Below, in pieces: positions 13,467 to 20,896 of a DNA stretch of 41,776 nucleotides (position 1 is its first letter; every line of letters starts with the position of its first letter). The position numbers were made by a program, and so were the translations under genes. The notes under the pieces are model-generated. The model made no database searches. It was not told where the DNA came from and worked only from the letters and a program-made list of their open reading frames with translations. Origin of the DNA: a virus; the IMG/VR virus record IMGVR_UViG_3300045988_070752. The stretch is one strand, 5' to 3'.

Positions 13467-14170
13467 ATCCGTAACCTCACTTTCTTCATGGTATATTGCA
13501 TATATGGATACCCGGTCACCGGGTTTATCCCTGTTATGATGCTGTCTTGATCCACGTAGTAGCCTTTGTATGGCCGTATCTTTTCTGGATCAAACCTTTT
13601 TATATCTTTCTTTATGGGCCTTGGCTCTTTTAAATTTCTGGAACAGATGTATTTCATCCGCTCCTGCCCGGTGTCTTGCTGCATGATATAAGCCGCTAAC
13701 TGTGCATATTCCCCGGAATCATCCAGCATGGTCATATGCACCCGGCCCTTCTTCCAATGCTTTCTTGCCAGGTTCGGCGTGTCAGTGATTCCATTCAGAA
13801 TCACATGGGCGTGCACTGCCCCTCTCTCCCCGATCGCCACCACGGCGATATATTTCAGCGGTTCCCCTGCCTTTTTGTAGTAGTACCGCAGCCTGTCCAG
13901 CCATTTCCTGATCTGGATCATGGCCTCTTCCATGGTGCAGCGCTCTTCCCGACGGTATGTAAGTACGAGGTGATAGTCGTTCTGGCAAAAGTTCATATTG
14001 ATCTTTCGCCGGATCCTTTTTAGCCGCTGCCTCTCATTATTTCGTTTTACTTCCTCTGGCGTTGGCTTCTGTCTCTTTCCTCTCTCCATCCCCGGGGCGC
14101 CGTACCTGCCTTTGTGGGTGATCTCCACCTCTATGCTCTGCGGCATCCTGTACTCTGTTTTTTTGTACAT
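13463..14170 (-). CDS. HUH-superfamily Rep-like protein (putative rolling-circle replication initiator)
   Basis: Three ordered motifs: YHLVLTY (motif I-like), GAVHAHVILNG (HUH motif II) and EYAQLAAYIMQ (Tyr motif III-like). Basic N-terminus. Adjacent to ssb. Confidence 0.55.
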   Translation of the reverse strand: MYKKTEYRMPQSIEVEITHKGRYGAPGMERGKRQKPTPEEVKRNNERQRLKRIRRKINMNFCQNDYHLVLTYRREERCTMEEAMIQIRKWLDRLRYYYKKAGEPLKYIAVVAIGERGAVHAHVILNGITDTPNLARKHWKKGRVHMTMLDDSGEYAQLAAYIMQQDTGQERMKYICSRNLKEPRPIKKDIKRFDPEKIRPYKGYYVDQDSIITGINPVTGYPYMQYTMKKVRLRI

Positions 14171-14280
14171 GCTTTACCCCTAAGTTTAATATCCTAATCA
14201 AGGGAGAAAATCCGGTAAAATCCCCGGAATTCCTTGCTTTTTCCCTTGCTTTGTGATATGATTTATTTGTAATTAATTAC

Positions 14281-14319
14281 AGCACCGGTCGAGTTTCCCC
14301 TAAGTACTTGCCCGGTGTT
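14281..14319. other. Stem-loop AGCACCGG-(23 nt)-CCGGTGTT with CCCCTAAGTACTT in the loop; candidate origin/nick site
   Basis: In the 150-nt gap upstream of the Rep-like gene. TTTnCCCCTAAGT recurs at 14173..14185 and 14294..14305. AAGTACTT in the loop is palindromic. Confidence 0.35.
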
Positions 14320-14321
14320 TT

Positions 14322-14528
14322 TTATACTCTCAATGCCTTTCTATAGGCCTTGACCTGGCCTTTTAAGCTTGTCACCTTATTCGAGAGCTTCACGATCGCT
14401 TTCTTGTATTCTTCTGCCTGGGAGGCGTAGGCCGCAGCCATGTTTTTGTTTTCCTCCTTTGCTTCCTGGAGCAGCGCTTTCAGCTCCCCGATTTCTTTTT
14501 TCATTCGAATCTCTTCTTTTTCTTCCAT
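14322..14528 (-). CDS. Coiled-coil hypothetical protein (68 aa)
   Basis: RBS AAAGGAG. Heptad-like K/E/A/L-rich sequence. Confidence 0.5.
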   Translation of the reverse strand: MEEKEEIRMKKEIGELKALLQEAKEENKNMAAAYASQAEEYKKAIVKLSNKVTSLKGQVKAYRKALRV

Positions 14529-14695
14529 CGTTTTCTCCTTTCTATTCCTGCGGCCAGAAACACCAAGGCTATTCCCATTCCCCGCAGGTAATCCATTGTC
14601 CCTATCGTCTCCAGCTCATAGGATTCTGTTACCGCAGCGGCAAGCAGGAAGCCCACCGCCACGCAACCCATTCTAATTGCCATTATCACTCGCAT
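14501..14695 (-). CDS. Small membrane protein (64 aa, two hydrophobic helices, basic C-terminus)
   Basis: GCVAVGFLLAAAV and GMGIALVFLAAGI segments, then RRKRWKKKKR. Confidence 0.45.
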   Translation of the reverse strand: MRVIMAIRMGCVAVGFLLAAAVTESYELETIGTMDYLRGMGIALVFLAAGIERRKRWKKKKRFE

Positions 14696-14852
14696 GTGCT
14701 CTTTCCCTTTCCATCAGTACCAATGCTGCCATGTCATGGATCTTCTGCATTCTTTTTTTCCTTTCCTCCGGTGTTAAGATCGGCCGGTGAACTCTTGCCG
14801 TCCATCCATCCCCCTTTATGGTATATGGTGGATAATACTTATCTCCCTTCAC
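14673..14852 (-). CDS. Small hypothetical protein (59 aa, GTG start)
   Basis: The GTG overlaps the upstream TGA (GTGA). VKGDKYYPPYTIKGDGWTARVHRPILTPEERKKRMQKIHD... Confidence 0.4.
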   Translation of the reverse strand: MKGDKYYPPYTIKGDGWTARVHRPILTPEERKKRMQKIHDMAALVLMERERAHASDNGN

Positions 14853-15025
14853 AGCTTCACTCTCCTTTCTACGTTGTAGGTCGCCGGGTTCAGTCTGGCG
14901 TGCATCACCGTCACAACCTCCCTGGTGTCCAGATCTATATAGGTTTCCATGTAGTCCCAATCCTTTGAGTACATCTTGGATCTTGGTGATAAGTTAAATC
15001 TTGTGATCGTCAGCTGATGCTTCAT
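14849..15025 (-). CDS. Small hypothetical protein (58 aa)
   Basis: Hand-translated MKHQLTITRFNLSPRSKMYSKDWDYMETYIDLDTREVVTVMHARLNPATYNVERRVKL. RBS GGGAGGGGAG. Confidence 0.4.
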   Translation of the reverse strand: MKHQLTITRFNLSPRSKMYSKDWDYMETYIDLDTREVVTVMHARLNPATYNVERRVKL

Positions 15026-15152
15026 GTTTCTCCCCTCCCATCATGGCTGCCATTCCCTCGGCAAGCCCGAGAACATACTCCTGCTTCTTCTCCGGTAACT
15101 TTGGGATAATCTCCCGGAAACTTTCCAGAATTTTTAATTCCATTTCACTCAT
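14994..15152 (-). CDS. Small hypothetical protein (52 aa)
   Basis: Hand-translated MSEMELKILESFREIIPKLPEKKQEYVLGLAEGMAAMMGGEKHEASADDHKI. RBS AAGGAAG. Confidence 0.4.
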   Translation of the reverse strand: MSEMELKILESFREIIPKLPEKKQEYVLGLAEGMAAMMGGEKHEASADDHKI

Positions 15153-15166
15153 TTGCTCACTTCCTT

Positions 15167-15517
15167 TCATAAATAATTCACGCCGAACTCTCTCATGAAG
15201 AGCTCGTGGCTGTATTTTTCTTCAAACATTTCCTGGGCATGCTGTTTCAGAATCAAATCCATCTCTCTGTCCCTGTGTACGCCTTTGTTTCCTTCGTGGT
15301 GTTCGTAGCAGAGCCAAGCTTTCAAGCCGTATTCTTCTGACTTTGCCCTGTTTGCCGTACCTCCAAATATATGATGCTGGTGCGCGCCCCGTGCAGGTCC
15401 CACACCCAGAAGATTGCACAACAGGCATTCCCGATCTCCCGGATCCTGCAGGATGCTTGCAGGATGGTTTTTTTTCTTTTTCTTTATCGGAGTTTTTGGA
15501 AACATCATTCCTCCCAT
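15167..15517 (-). CDS. Putative HNH-type nuclease
   Basis: CLLC...HQHHIFGGTANRAKSEEYGLKAWLCYEHHEGNKGVH, a Cys/His-rich HH...C..HH arrangement recalled from the phage HNHc family. Confidence 0.45.
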   Translation of the reverse strand: MGGMMFPKTPIKKKKKNHPASILQDPGDRECLLCNLLGVGPARGAHQHHIFGGTANRAKSEEYGLKAWLCYEHHEGNKGVHRDREMDLILKQHAQEMFEEKYSHELFMREFGVNYL

Positions 15518-16221
15518 GCTCTCTCCCCTCTCAATTCTCTTGATTTTTCCCTGATCTTCCTTGCCCGCTCATCGTATGACTGGAGAACCGACTTTTCGTA
15601 ATCTCCTGTCATCCTTGCCAGCTCCTCCGCCTCTTTTGAGATGTTTACGTAATCCAACATCTCTTCTGTTTCTTCCAGAAAATCTTCCAGTTCCTGGATT
15701 CTCTTTTCGCATTCCAGAAGCCTTTCCGCATCTGTCTGCGCGATTGAGGATCTTTTGATTACGCAAGCCGGGGCCACTCCATGCGCGGCGTCCGCGAAGT
15801 TGAAGCTCAGAGCGCCGTTCGGATTCACACGCCGGACGCTGCGGCCGTTCGTTGTCCATGGTGTACATGTCCACATACATCCCTGCAAACGCGGAACATG
15901 GTCCCTGTATCTTCTGTATTCCCAGCAGTTCAAAATGAACACCTTGCAGACATCTACTCCGTACTTCTTGTCTCCGTCATCCGCCTCAAGATTTACCGTG
16001 TGATCCAGTAAGTTCTCTTTGCCCAGCACCGGAAGGAGTTCCTCTTCCAGCTTCTTTTTCAGGGAGCTTTCCTCCCAGTTATCGCGCCTGTTTTCATCGA
16101 ACGGATATTCCTGTCCATTCCAGGTGCTGGTCATCATGGCCAGCACACCCCCTTCGGCAGTTTTGGGGTTTAATACCACCCATTCAAAACCTTTGAATTC
16201 GAATTTATCTCCTGCTTTCAT
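15505..16221 (-). CDS. DUF6273-like domain protein with C-terminal coiled coil
   Basis: FEWVVLNPK...GGVLAMM...NWEESSLKKKLEEELL...KVFILNCWEY...HGVAPACVI resembles the DUF6273 pattern. Acidic coiled coil at the C-terminus. Confidence 0.5.
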   Translation of the reverse strand: MKAGDKFEFKGFEWVVLNPKTAEGGVLAMMTSTWNGQEYPFDENRRDNWEESSLKKKLEEELLPVLGKENLLDHTVNLEADDGDKKYGVDVCKVFILNCWEYRRYRDHVPRLQGCMWTCTPWTTNGRSVRRVNPNGALSFNFADAAHGVAPACVIKRSSIAQTDAERLLECEKRIQELEDFLEETEEMLDYVNISKEAEELARMTGDYEKSVLQSYDERARKIREKSRELRGERAWEE

Positions 16222-16235
16222 TTTCTTCTCCCTCC

Positions 16236-16484
16236 TTATAACTCATAAATCATTGCAAGTGCAGTATCACCCGCAACGACTGACATCTGCGGAAAGATAT
16301 ATCTTTCCGTGTACTCGTCATATGTTTCCACGGAAAGTCCATATAACTTTCCCATATTAAATTTCGGGAAGTCGCTGAATATTGGCATTGCAATTTCCCT
16401 TTCCCGGAAGTTCTTATAAAGGGAGCAGATCTCCCTTGCAGTGCCAATGAATAGGTTTCCGGTTTTTGTTTCTATTTTTTTCAT
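16236..16484 (-). CDS. Hypothetical protein (82 aa), first gene of the early operon
   Basis: First ORF downstream of the consensus early promoter. RBS GAGTGAGGAATTGAA-ATG. No HTH recognised. Confidence 0.55.
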   Translation of the reverse strand: MKKIETKTGNLFIGTAREICSLYKNFREREIAMPIFSDFPKFNMGKLYGLSVETYDEYTERYIFPQMSVVAGDTALAMIYEL

Positions 16485-16520
16485 TTCAATTCCTCACTCT
16501 CGTTTTTGCTGGTTTATTTA

Positions 16521-16591
16521 TTTGTTATCTTTGATTACATTATATTTATCTAAGATTACTTTGTCAAGTATCCTTTGTTATCTTTGATTAC
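16521..16591. promoter_or_regulatory. Operator-like 18-bp direct repeats TTTGTTATCTTTGATTAC (x2) plus a partial GATTAC copy, flanking the early promoter
   Basis: Identical copies at 16521..16538 (abutting the -10) and 16574..16591 (6 nt upstream of the -35). Partial copy aagattacttt at 16552..16562 in the spacer. Confidence 0.7.
16539..16567 (-). promoter_or_regulatory. Consensus early promoter TTGACA-17-TATAAT
   Basis: Minus strand: -35 16567..16562, 17-nt spacer, -10 16544..16539. Both hexamers are perfect. Confidence 0.8.
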
Positions 16592-16647
16592 TTTTTTGTT
16601 GATTTTTTTTCTTCTCGGTGTTAATCTGTATTCAGGAGGTGAATTAT

Positions 16648-17016
16648 GTGACGCAAGGCGAACGTGTAAAAGAAGTGCGCAAATCTCTCGATCTTACTTT
16701 GGAAAAGTTCGGCGAACGGCTCGGTGTTACAAAGGTGGCCATTTCCAATATAGAGAATGGTAACCGTAGTCTTACCGACCAAATGCAGAAATCCATCTGC
16801 CGGGAGTTCAATATTTCGGAGGATTGGCTCCGGGACGGAACCGGCGATATGTTCGTGGATCTGTCCAGAGATCTCCAGCTGGCAAGATTCTTCGGAGAGG
16901 TGCAGATTGACGAGGGCTTCAAGAAGCGATTTATTTCTGCTCTTTCCACTATGACCGTGGATGAATGGGCTTTTATAGAGCGTAAGATGAGAGAAATTTT
17001 CGAAGAGGATGTGTAA
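16648..17016 (+). CDS. XRE/CI-like HTH repressor (122 aa, GTG start)
   Basis: TQGERVKEVRKSLDLTLEKFGERLGVTKVAISNIENGNRSLTD is a canonical XRE HTH. AGGAGG lies 8 nt upstream of the GTG at 16648. Divergent from the early operon. Confidence 0.85.
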   Translation: MTQGERVKEVRKSLDLTLEKFGERLGVTKVAISNIENGNRSLTDQMQKSICREFNISEDWLRDGTGDMFVDLSRDLQLARFFGEVQIDEGFKKRFISALSTMTVDEWAFIERKMREIFEEDV

Positions 17017-17030
17017 ACATCCTCTTTTCT
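17005..17030 (+). terminator. Intrinsic terminator GAGGATGT-gtaa-ACATCCTC + TTTT
   Basis: Perfect 8-bp stem with the repressor stop codon in the loop, followed by a T-run. Confidence 0.75.
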
Positions 17031-17102
17031 CTTGATTAGAAGTGGATTGCGTGGTACATTGGTCTTATATTAAAAATTTTATTAATATGAGGTGGGTGTA
17101 TT

Positions 17103-17375
17103 ATGTGGAAATCAAAAATTATTTCTGTTTTTCTCGTTGTTTCCTTGGCCTTATCCGGCTGTTCTTCTAATTCCAGCTCTGATAGCAAGGTCGTGTCTTC
17201 CAGCAGTTCCGAAAGCGTTTCTGATAAAGCGGAGCAGTACGTTTATCTTTCCGCCACAGGAAGCAAATATCACAGCATCCCGGATTGCGGCCGTATGGAT
17301 CCAGATAGAGCGCAGCGCGTCACCCTTTCCGAAGCCGAAAGCGAAGGATATGGCCGTTGTGAGAAATGTTGGTAA
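17103..17375 (+). CDS. Lipoprotein with a C-terminal Cys/His mini-domain
   Basis: Signal peptide plus lipobox LALSGC, Ser-rich linker, then YLSATGSKYHSIPDCGRM...AESEGYGRCEKCW (the YH..C....C..C pattern seen at the ends of secreted Firmicute proteins). Confidence 0.7.
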   Translation: MWKSKIISVFLVVSLALSGCSSNSSSDSKVVSSSSSESVSDKAEQYVYLSATGSKYHSIPDCGRMDPDRAQRVTLSEAESEGYGRCEKCW

Positions 17376-17390
17376 ATTCCGGAGGTTTCT

Positions 17391-17810
17391 ATGTTTTCTA
17401 TATTTTTTAACATCTTCAGTTTGATAGGGCGAATTGTCCTCCCGATTTGCGTCTTGTACTGCATAAATGGTCTTTCAAAATGGTTCGACGGTGATCAATA
17501 CCGCTTGTTTTACATCTGTGCCTTTTTTCTTATTGCTTGTTGTTTGGCCTTCGTCCTCGACATTACCGGTGGCGACAAAGACGAACTTGCTGCAGAATAT
17601 AGCAACGGTTACGACGAAGGCTACGATAAAGGGTATAACTCCGGCTGGTTCGACGGTAACGAAGCCGGATATGAAACCGGATACGATGATCGTGCTGCCG
17701 AAAACCGGAATGACACTTATGATAGCGGATATGATGACGGGTATAGCGATGGATATGATGAAGGATATGACGAAGGATATGATGAATGTTATTACGAATA
17801 TTCGGAATAG
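17391..17810 (+). CDS. Membrane protein with an acidic/aromatic (G-Y-D/E)n repeat tail
   Basis: Two N-terminal hydrophobic helices, then GYDEGYDKGYNSGWFDGNEAGYETGYDD...GYDDGYSDGYDEGYDEGYDECYYEY. RBS GGAGG. Confidence 0.65.
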   Translation: MFSIFFNIFSLIGRIVLPICVLYCINGLSKWFDGDQYRLFYICAFFLIACCLAFVLDITGGDKDELAAEYSNGYDEGYDKGYNSGWFDGNEAGYETGYDDRAAENRNDTYDSGYDDGYSDGYDEGYDEGYDECYYEYSE

Positions 17811-17818
17811 TGTTTTGA

Positions 17819-17844
17819 GGGGATCGTTTTTACGATCCCCTTTT
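17819..17844 (+). terminator. Intrinsic terminator GGGGATCGT-tttt-ACGATCCCC + TTTT
   Basis: Perfect 9-bp stem and a T-run on the plus strand, 9 nt after the stop at 17810. Confidence 0.8.
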
Positions 17845-17845
17845 C

Positions 17846-17950
17846 TTATCTCTTTTTCAACATTGCTTTTATATACTCACATATAATGATTAACTCCCCA
17901 AGCGTTGCCTGCTGCAGCATTTCCATAATTTCTTCTTTCTTTTCTTCCAT
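17846..17950 (-). CDS. Very small hypothetical protein (34 aa)
   Basis: Hand-translated MEEKKEEIMEMLQQATLGELIIICEYIKAMLKKR. RBS AAGGAG. Follows the OB-fold gene. Confidence 0.35.
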   Translation of the reverse strand: MEEKKEEIMEMLQQATLGELIIICEYIKAMLKKR

Positions 17951-17969
17951 ATCCTATCTCCTTTTTTGA

Positions 17970-18548
17970 TTACAGTATCACCTCGATCCGGTTCGCCGCA
18001 ATCTCGTAGGCGGTGTATACCTCCTTGTATGTTCTGGACTGCATCCGGCCCCACAGCTGCACCTTTGTCCCCACTGGTAGGCCGCCGGTTCTCCTGGCAT
18101 TCATCCCAAAGCAGATGCACGGCACGTAGGCGCTTGTCCCGCCTCCATTGCTGGCAATCATCAGGTCTGTGATCTCTCTTCCTGCCGGGGTCTTTCGGAA
18201 TATTGCGTCCTTGCAAAGCGTCCCTTCCAGGTATGCTTCATTCACCGGCGCGGCGCCAGTTGGCCTAATCTGCTCTGCCTGTATGTAGATCAGCTTCCGC
18301 CCCTGCTGCATCCTGGTTCTTACTCTTCCCCAGATCTCCACCATGCTGCCGTCTTCCATTTTTTCCGCCGCAAAGAGCGGTAAAACATCTTTCGTTCCGC
18401 TTTTTCTCTCTGTCTCCACCTTTGTCGAATATGGTTGCTTTCTGTCATTTTGTGCGTTTTCTGCAAATTTTCCGTTGATTTTTCCGATAATATGGATATA
18501 ATTTGCATTTACTATTGATTTTTCAGTTTTTTCGTTGTACTCTTTCAT
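17970..18548 (-). CDS. Tandem OB-fold, SSB-like protein
   Basis: 192 aa with two halves, each resembling an SSB OB fold (IIGKINGKF...VEIWGRVRTR and LEGTLCKDAIFRKTPAGREI...YVPCICFGMNARR...VQLWGRMQSRTY). No acidic tail. Confidence 0.45.
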   Translation of the reverse strand: MKEYNEKTEKSIVNANYIHIIGKINGKFAENAQNDRKQPYSTKVETERKSGTKDVLPLFAAEKMEDGSMVEIWGRVRTRMQQGRKLIYIQAEQIRPTGAAPVNEAYLEGTLCKDAIFRKTPAGREITDLMIASNGGGTSAYVPCICFGMNARRTGGLPVGTKVQLWGRMQSRTYKEVYTAYEIAANRIEVIL

Positions 18549-18692
18549 TATAAATCACTCCCTTATGCATCCAATTATGCACAAAGTTGTTGGTTTTGTA
18601 ATTAGTTACTCTTTATTTTTTATCACCAAAATTTTTTGATTATTTTGTCCTTCAATTTACTCAAAATTTTGTCTTGGCAAAGGGGCGATTCT

Positions 18693-19268
18693 ATGAAAGA
18701 CGTATTGGAATATACGCAGCTCACGGCCAGGGCTCTTCTTACGACCCGAGACCTGGCAGGGCACACGCAACAGTACATGGCAAGAAAGTTGTCAAAAAGT
18801 GTCGGGACTATTCAGAATTGGGAAAATGAAATTGGTGCTCCCAGTCTTCCTCTCATTCTAAAATGGTTCGAATTATGCGGCGTTGATCCCGAAAAATACC
18901 TGATGTTTATCTATAACCCCGGAAAGTATCATCTGCTTTATGAGGCTAAATCCGATGAGGATATCGACGCCGCCCTGCGGATGTATCTGGATACAGAAAT
19001 TCCGAAGCATAAAAAGATGCTGCACTACATCATCTTCGGTGACCATATCTCTCACTGGATCCCGAAGCTGCACCTTTTCACTGCGCACAGCCACATTCCG
19101 CTTCTTGACCGTGTGTCTGCTGCCGGTATTGTTATGGATATCTACCGGATGCGCCGTGCCAGAGATGAGCTTACCGGCCCCGATGACCCTCTGCCTGATG
19201 AGGATATTGTCCAAAAAGCAGTTGATTCTGGAAGAGAATCCGTGTATGTTAAAAAAGAGAATTATTAA
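18693..19268 (+). CDS. HTH (XRE-like) regulator, 191 aa, upstream of the integrase
   Basis: GHTQQYMARKLSKSVGTIQNWENEIGAPS helix-turn-helix. RBS AAGGGG before the ATG at 18693. 18 nt upstream of the integrase gene. Confidence 0.65.
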   Translation: MKDVLEYTQLTARALLTTRDLAGHTQQYMARKLSKSVGTIQNWENEIGAPSLPLILKWFELCGVDPEKYLMFIYNPGKYHLLYEAKSDEDIDAALRMYLDTEIPKHKKMLHYIIFGDHISHWIPKLHLFTAHSHIPLLDRVSAAGIVMDIYRMRRARDELTGPDDPLPDEDIVQKAVDSGRESVYVKKENY

Positions 19269-19286
19269 ACTTAGGGGGAATTAAAT

Positions 19287-20846
19287 ATGTATCGAGAACT
19301 TTCTTATCGTTCTGATGAGATCATCGAGTACCTGCGAAAATCCAGGGCCGATGATCCCAGTCTATCCGTCGAAGATGTGCTGCAAAAGCACGAATCCATT
19401 TTATCTGATTGGGCCGAAAGGCATGACTGCTGTATCCCAGCAGAAAACAAATATCGAGAGGTCGTGTCCGGGGAGACGATTGACGACCGCCCGGAATTTC
19501 TTTCCGTGCTGCGGCGGATCGAATCGCCTGCCATTAAGGCTATCTTGTGTGTCGAGGTGCAGCGTCTCTCCCGCGGCGACCTAGAGGATGCCGGGCGGCT
19601 CATCAAGATCCTTCGCTACACCCGCACGAATGTCATCACACCCAGCAAAACTTATGACCTGTCCGACGAATACGATCGGGATATCTTTGAACGTGAGCTG
19701 AAAAGAGGAAATGAATATCTGGAATATCAGAAGAAGATCATGAGCCGCGGCCGCCTGCAAGCCGTCCGTCAGGGCGATTACATCGGTTCCGTTGCCCCTT
19801 ACGGGTATGACAAGACCTTTGTCCTGGAAGGAAAGAAGAAGCATTACACGCTTTGCGTCAATCCCGCCGAAGCTTCTGTTGTCCGACAGATCTTCCGAAT
19901 GCGGGCCGTCGAAGATCTTGGCCCCTCCCGTATTGCCAAGCAGCTGAACCTCCAAGGTACTCATCCTCGAAACAATGATTCGTGGACATATAACTGCGTG
20001 AAGAGTATCCTGCAGAACCCCGTCTATACCGGAAAAGTTTTCTGGAACCGTCGGAAGGTTGTCCACTCCGTTCATAGCGGCTCCGTGGAATCCAGCCGCC
20101 CATGGAGCAGCGAATATGAGCTGCACAACGGCAGGCACCCGGCAATCATTGATTCGGAGCTGTTTGGCGCTGCCCAGAAAATCTCCGGGAAGGTCACCCG
20201 CGTCAAGGATAAGGTTAAGGTTCGTAATCCTTTTGCCGGTCTTTTCGTCTGCCGGTGTGGCCACGCCATGAGCTATCACACATACCCCAAGACTGGCCCC
20301 CGTATCCTCTGTGATATGCAGCGTGTCTGCCATACCGGTTCCTGTACTTTCGAGGAGGCGGAAGAAATCGTTGTCCGCATTTTGAAGCAGGCCATTCACG
20401 ATTTTGACGTGCAGCTCAAAGATTCTGCTGCCGCCATGGCCTCCCGGGAAGAAACACTCTCCTCGCTTCGCTTGCGGCTGGCCGCCCTGGATAAGAAGGA
20501 AATCTCTCTGTGGGATAAGTACGCCGAGGAGCAAATGCCAAAAAACGTATTCGATGAACTGAACCGGCGTGTGGCCGAAGATAAGGCCGCTGTGCAGGCT
20601 TCTATCGATTCCATTCTCTCCGAAGTTCCCACCCGGGAGGCCATTGAGGAAAAACGCGGCCGGTTCTCCGCTGCTCTCGCCGCCCTGGATGATTCAGACA
20701 TTACCGCAGAGGCCAAGAACCGTATGTTAAAATCCTGTATCGAGAAGATTTCCTATTACCGGGAGCCCCCGGTCAGAAAGGCCGGTGCCCCGAACCGTGG
20801 CTGGATTGTCGGGGATATTTCTGTTGACGCAAATTTGTGTATATAA
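19287..20846 (+). CDS. int: Large serine recombinase (phage integrase)
   Basis: 519 aa. N-terminal resolvase-like domain (YLRKSRAD..., VEVQRLSRG), recombinase domain, Cys-rich zinc-ribbon (CRCGHAMS...CDMQRVCHTGSC), and a C-terminal coiled coil. Confidence 0.9.
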   Translation: MYRELSYRSDEIIEYLRKSRADDPSLSVEDVLQKHESILSDWAERHDCCIPAENKYREVVSGETIDDRPEFLSVLRRIESPAIKAILCVEVQRLSRGDLEDAGRLIKILRYTRTNVITPSKTYDLSDEYDRDIFERELKRGNEYLEYQKKIMSRGRLQAVRQGDYIGSVAPYGYDKTFVLEGKKKHYTLCVNPAEASVVRQIFRMRAVEDLGPSRIAKQLNLQGTHPRNNDSWTYNCVKSILQNPVYTGKVFWNRRKVVHSVHSGSVESSRPWSSEYELHNGRHPAIIDSELFGAAQKISGKVTRVKDKVKVRNPFAGLFVCRCGHAMSYHTYPKTGPRILCDMQRVCHTGSCTFEEAEEIVVRILKQAIHDFDVQLKDSAAAMASREETLSSLRLRLAALDKKEISLWDKYAEEQMPKNVFDELNRRVAEDKAAVQASIDSILSEVPTREAIEEKRGRFSAALAALDDSDITAEAKNRMLKSCIEKISYYREPPVRKAGAPNRGWIVGDISVDANLCI

Positions 20847-20850
20847 TTCT

Positions 20851-20886
20851 ATCATCGTTGTACCGACGAATACGTTCCACGATGAT
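20851..20886. other. Candidate attP core: imperfect dyad ATCATCGTtG...cCACGATGAT
   Basis: 36-bp segment with 8-bp perfect outer inverted repeats, immediately 3' of the integrase and before the terminator. Position and partial dyad symmetry fit serine-integrase att sites. No further proof. Confidence 0.3.
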
Positions 20887-20896
20887 GACTATAATA

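Noticed and set aside
14281-14325. The stem-loop plus T6 run at 14281..14325 as a plus-strand intrinsic terminator
   Set aside because: There is no plus-strand gene upstream to terminate, and the loop is 23 nt, far longer than typical terminators. On the minus strand the T-run becomes an upstream A-run. I treat it as a candidate Rep or origin structure instead.
17560-17810. GYD-repeat DNA and collagen-repeat DNA (39673..39864) as non-coding tandem repeats or arrays
   Set aside because: Both sit inside long ORFs with good RBSs and keep the frame perfectly (unit lengths are multiples of 3). They are coding repeats.
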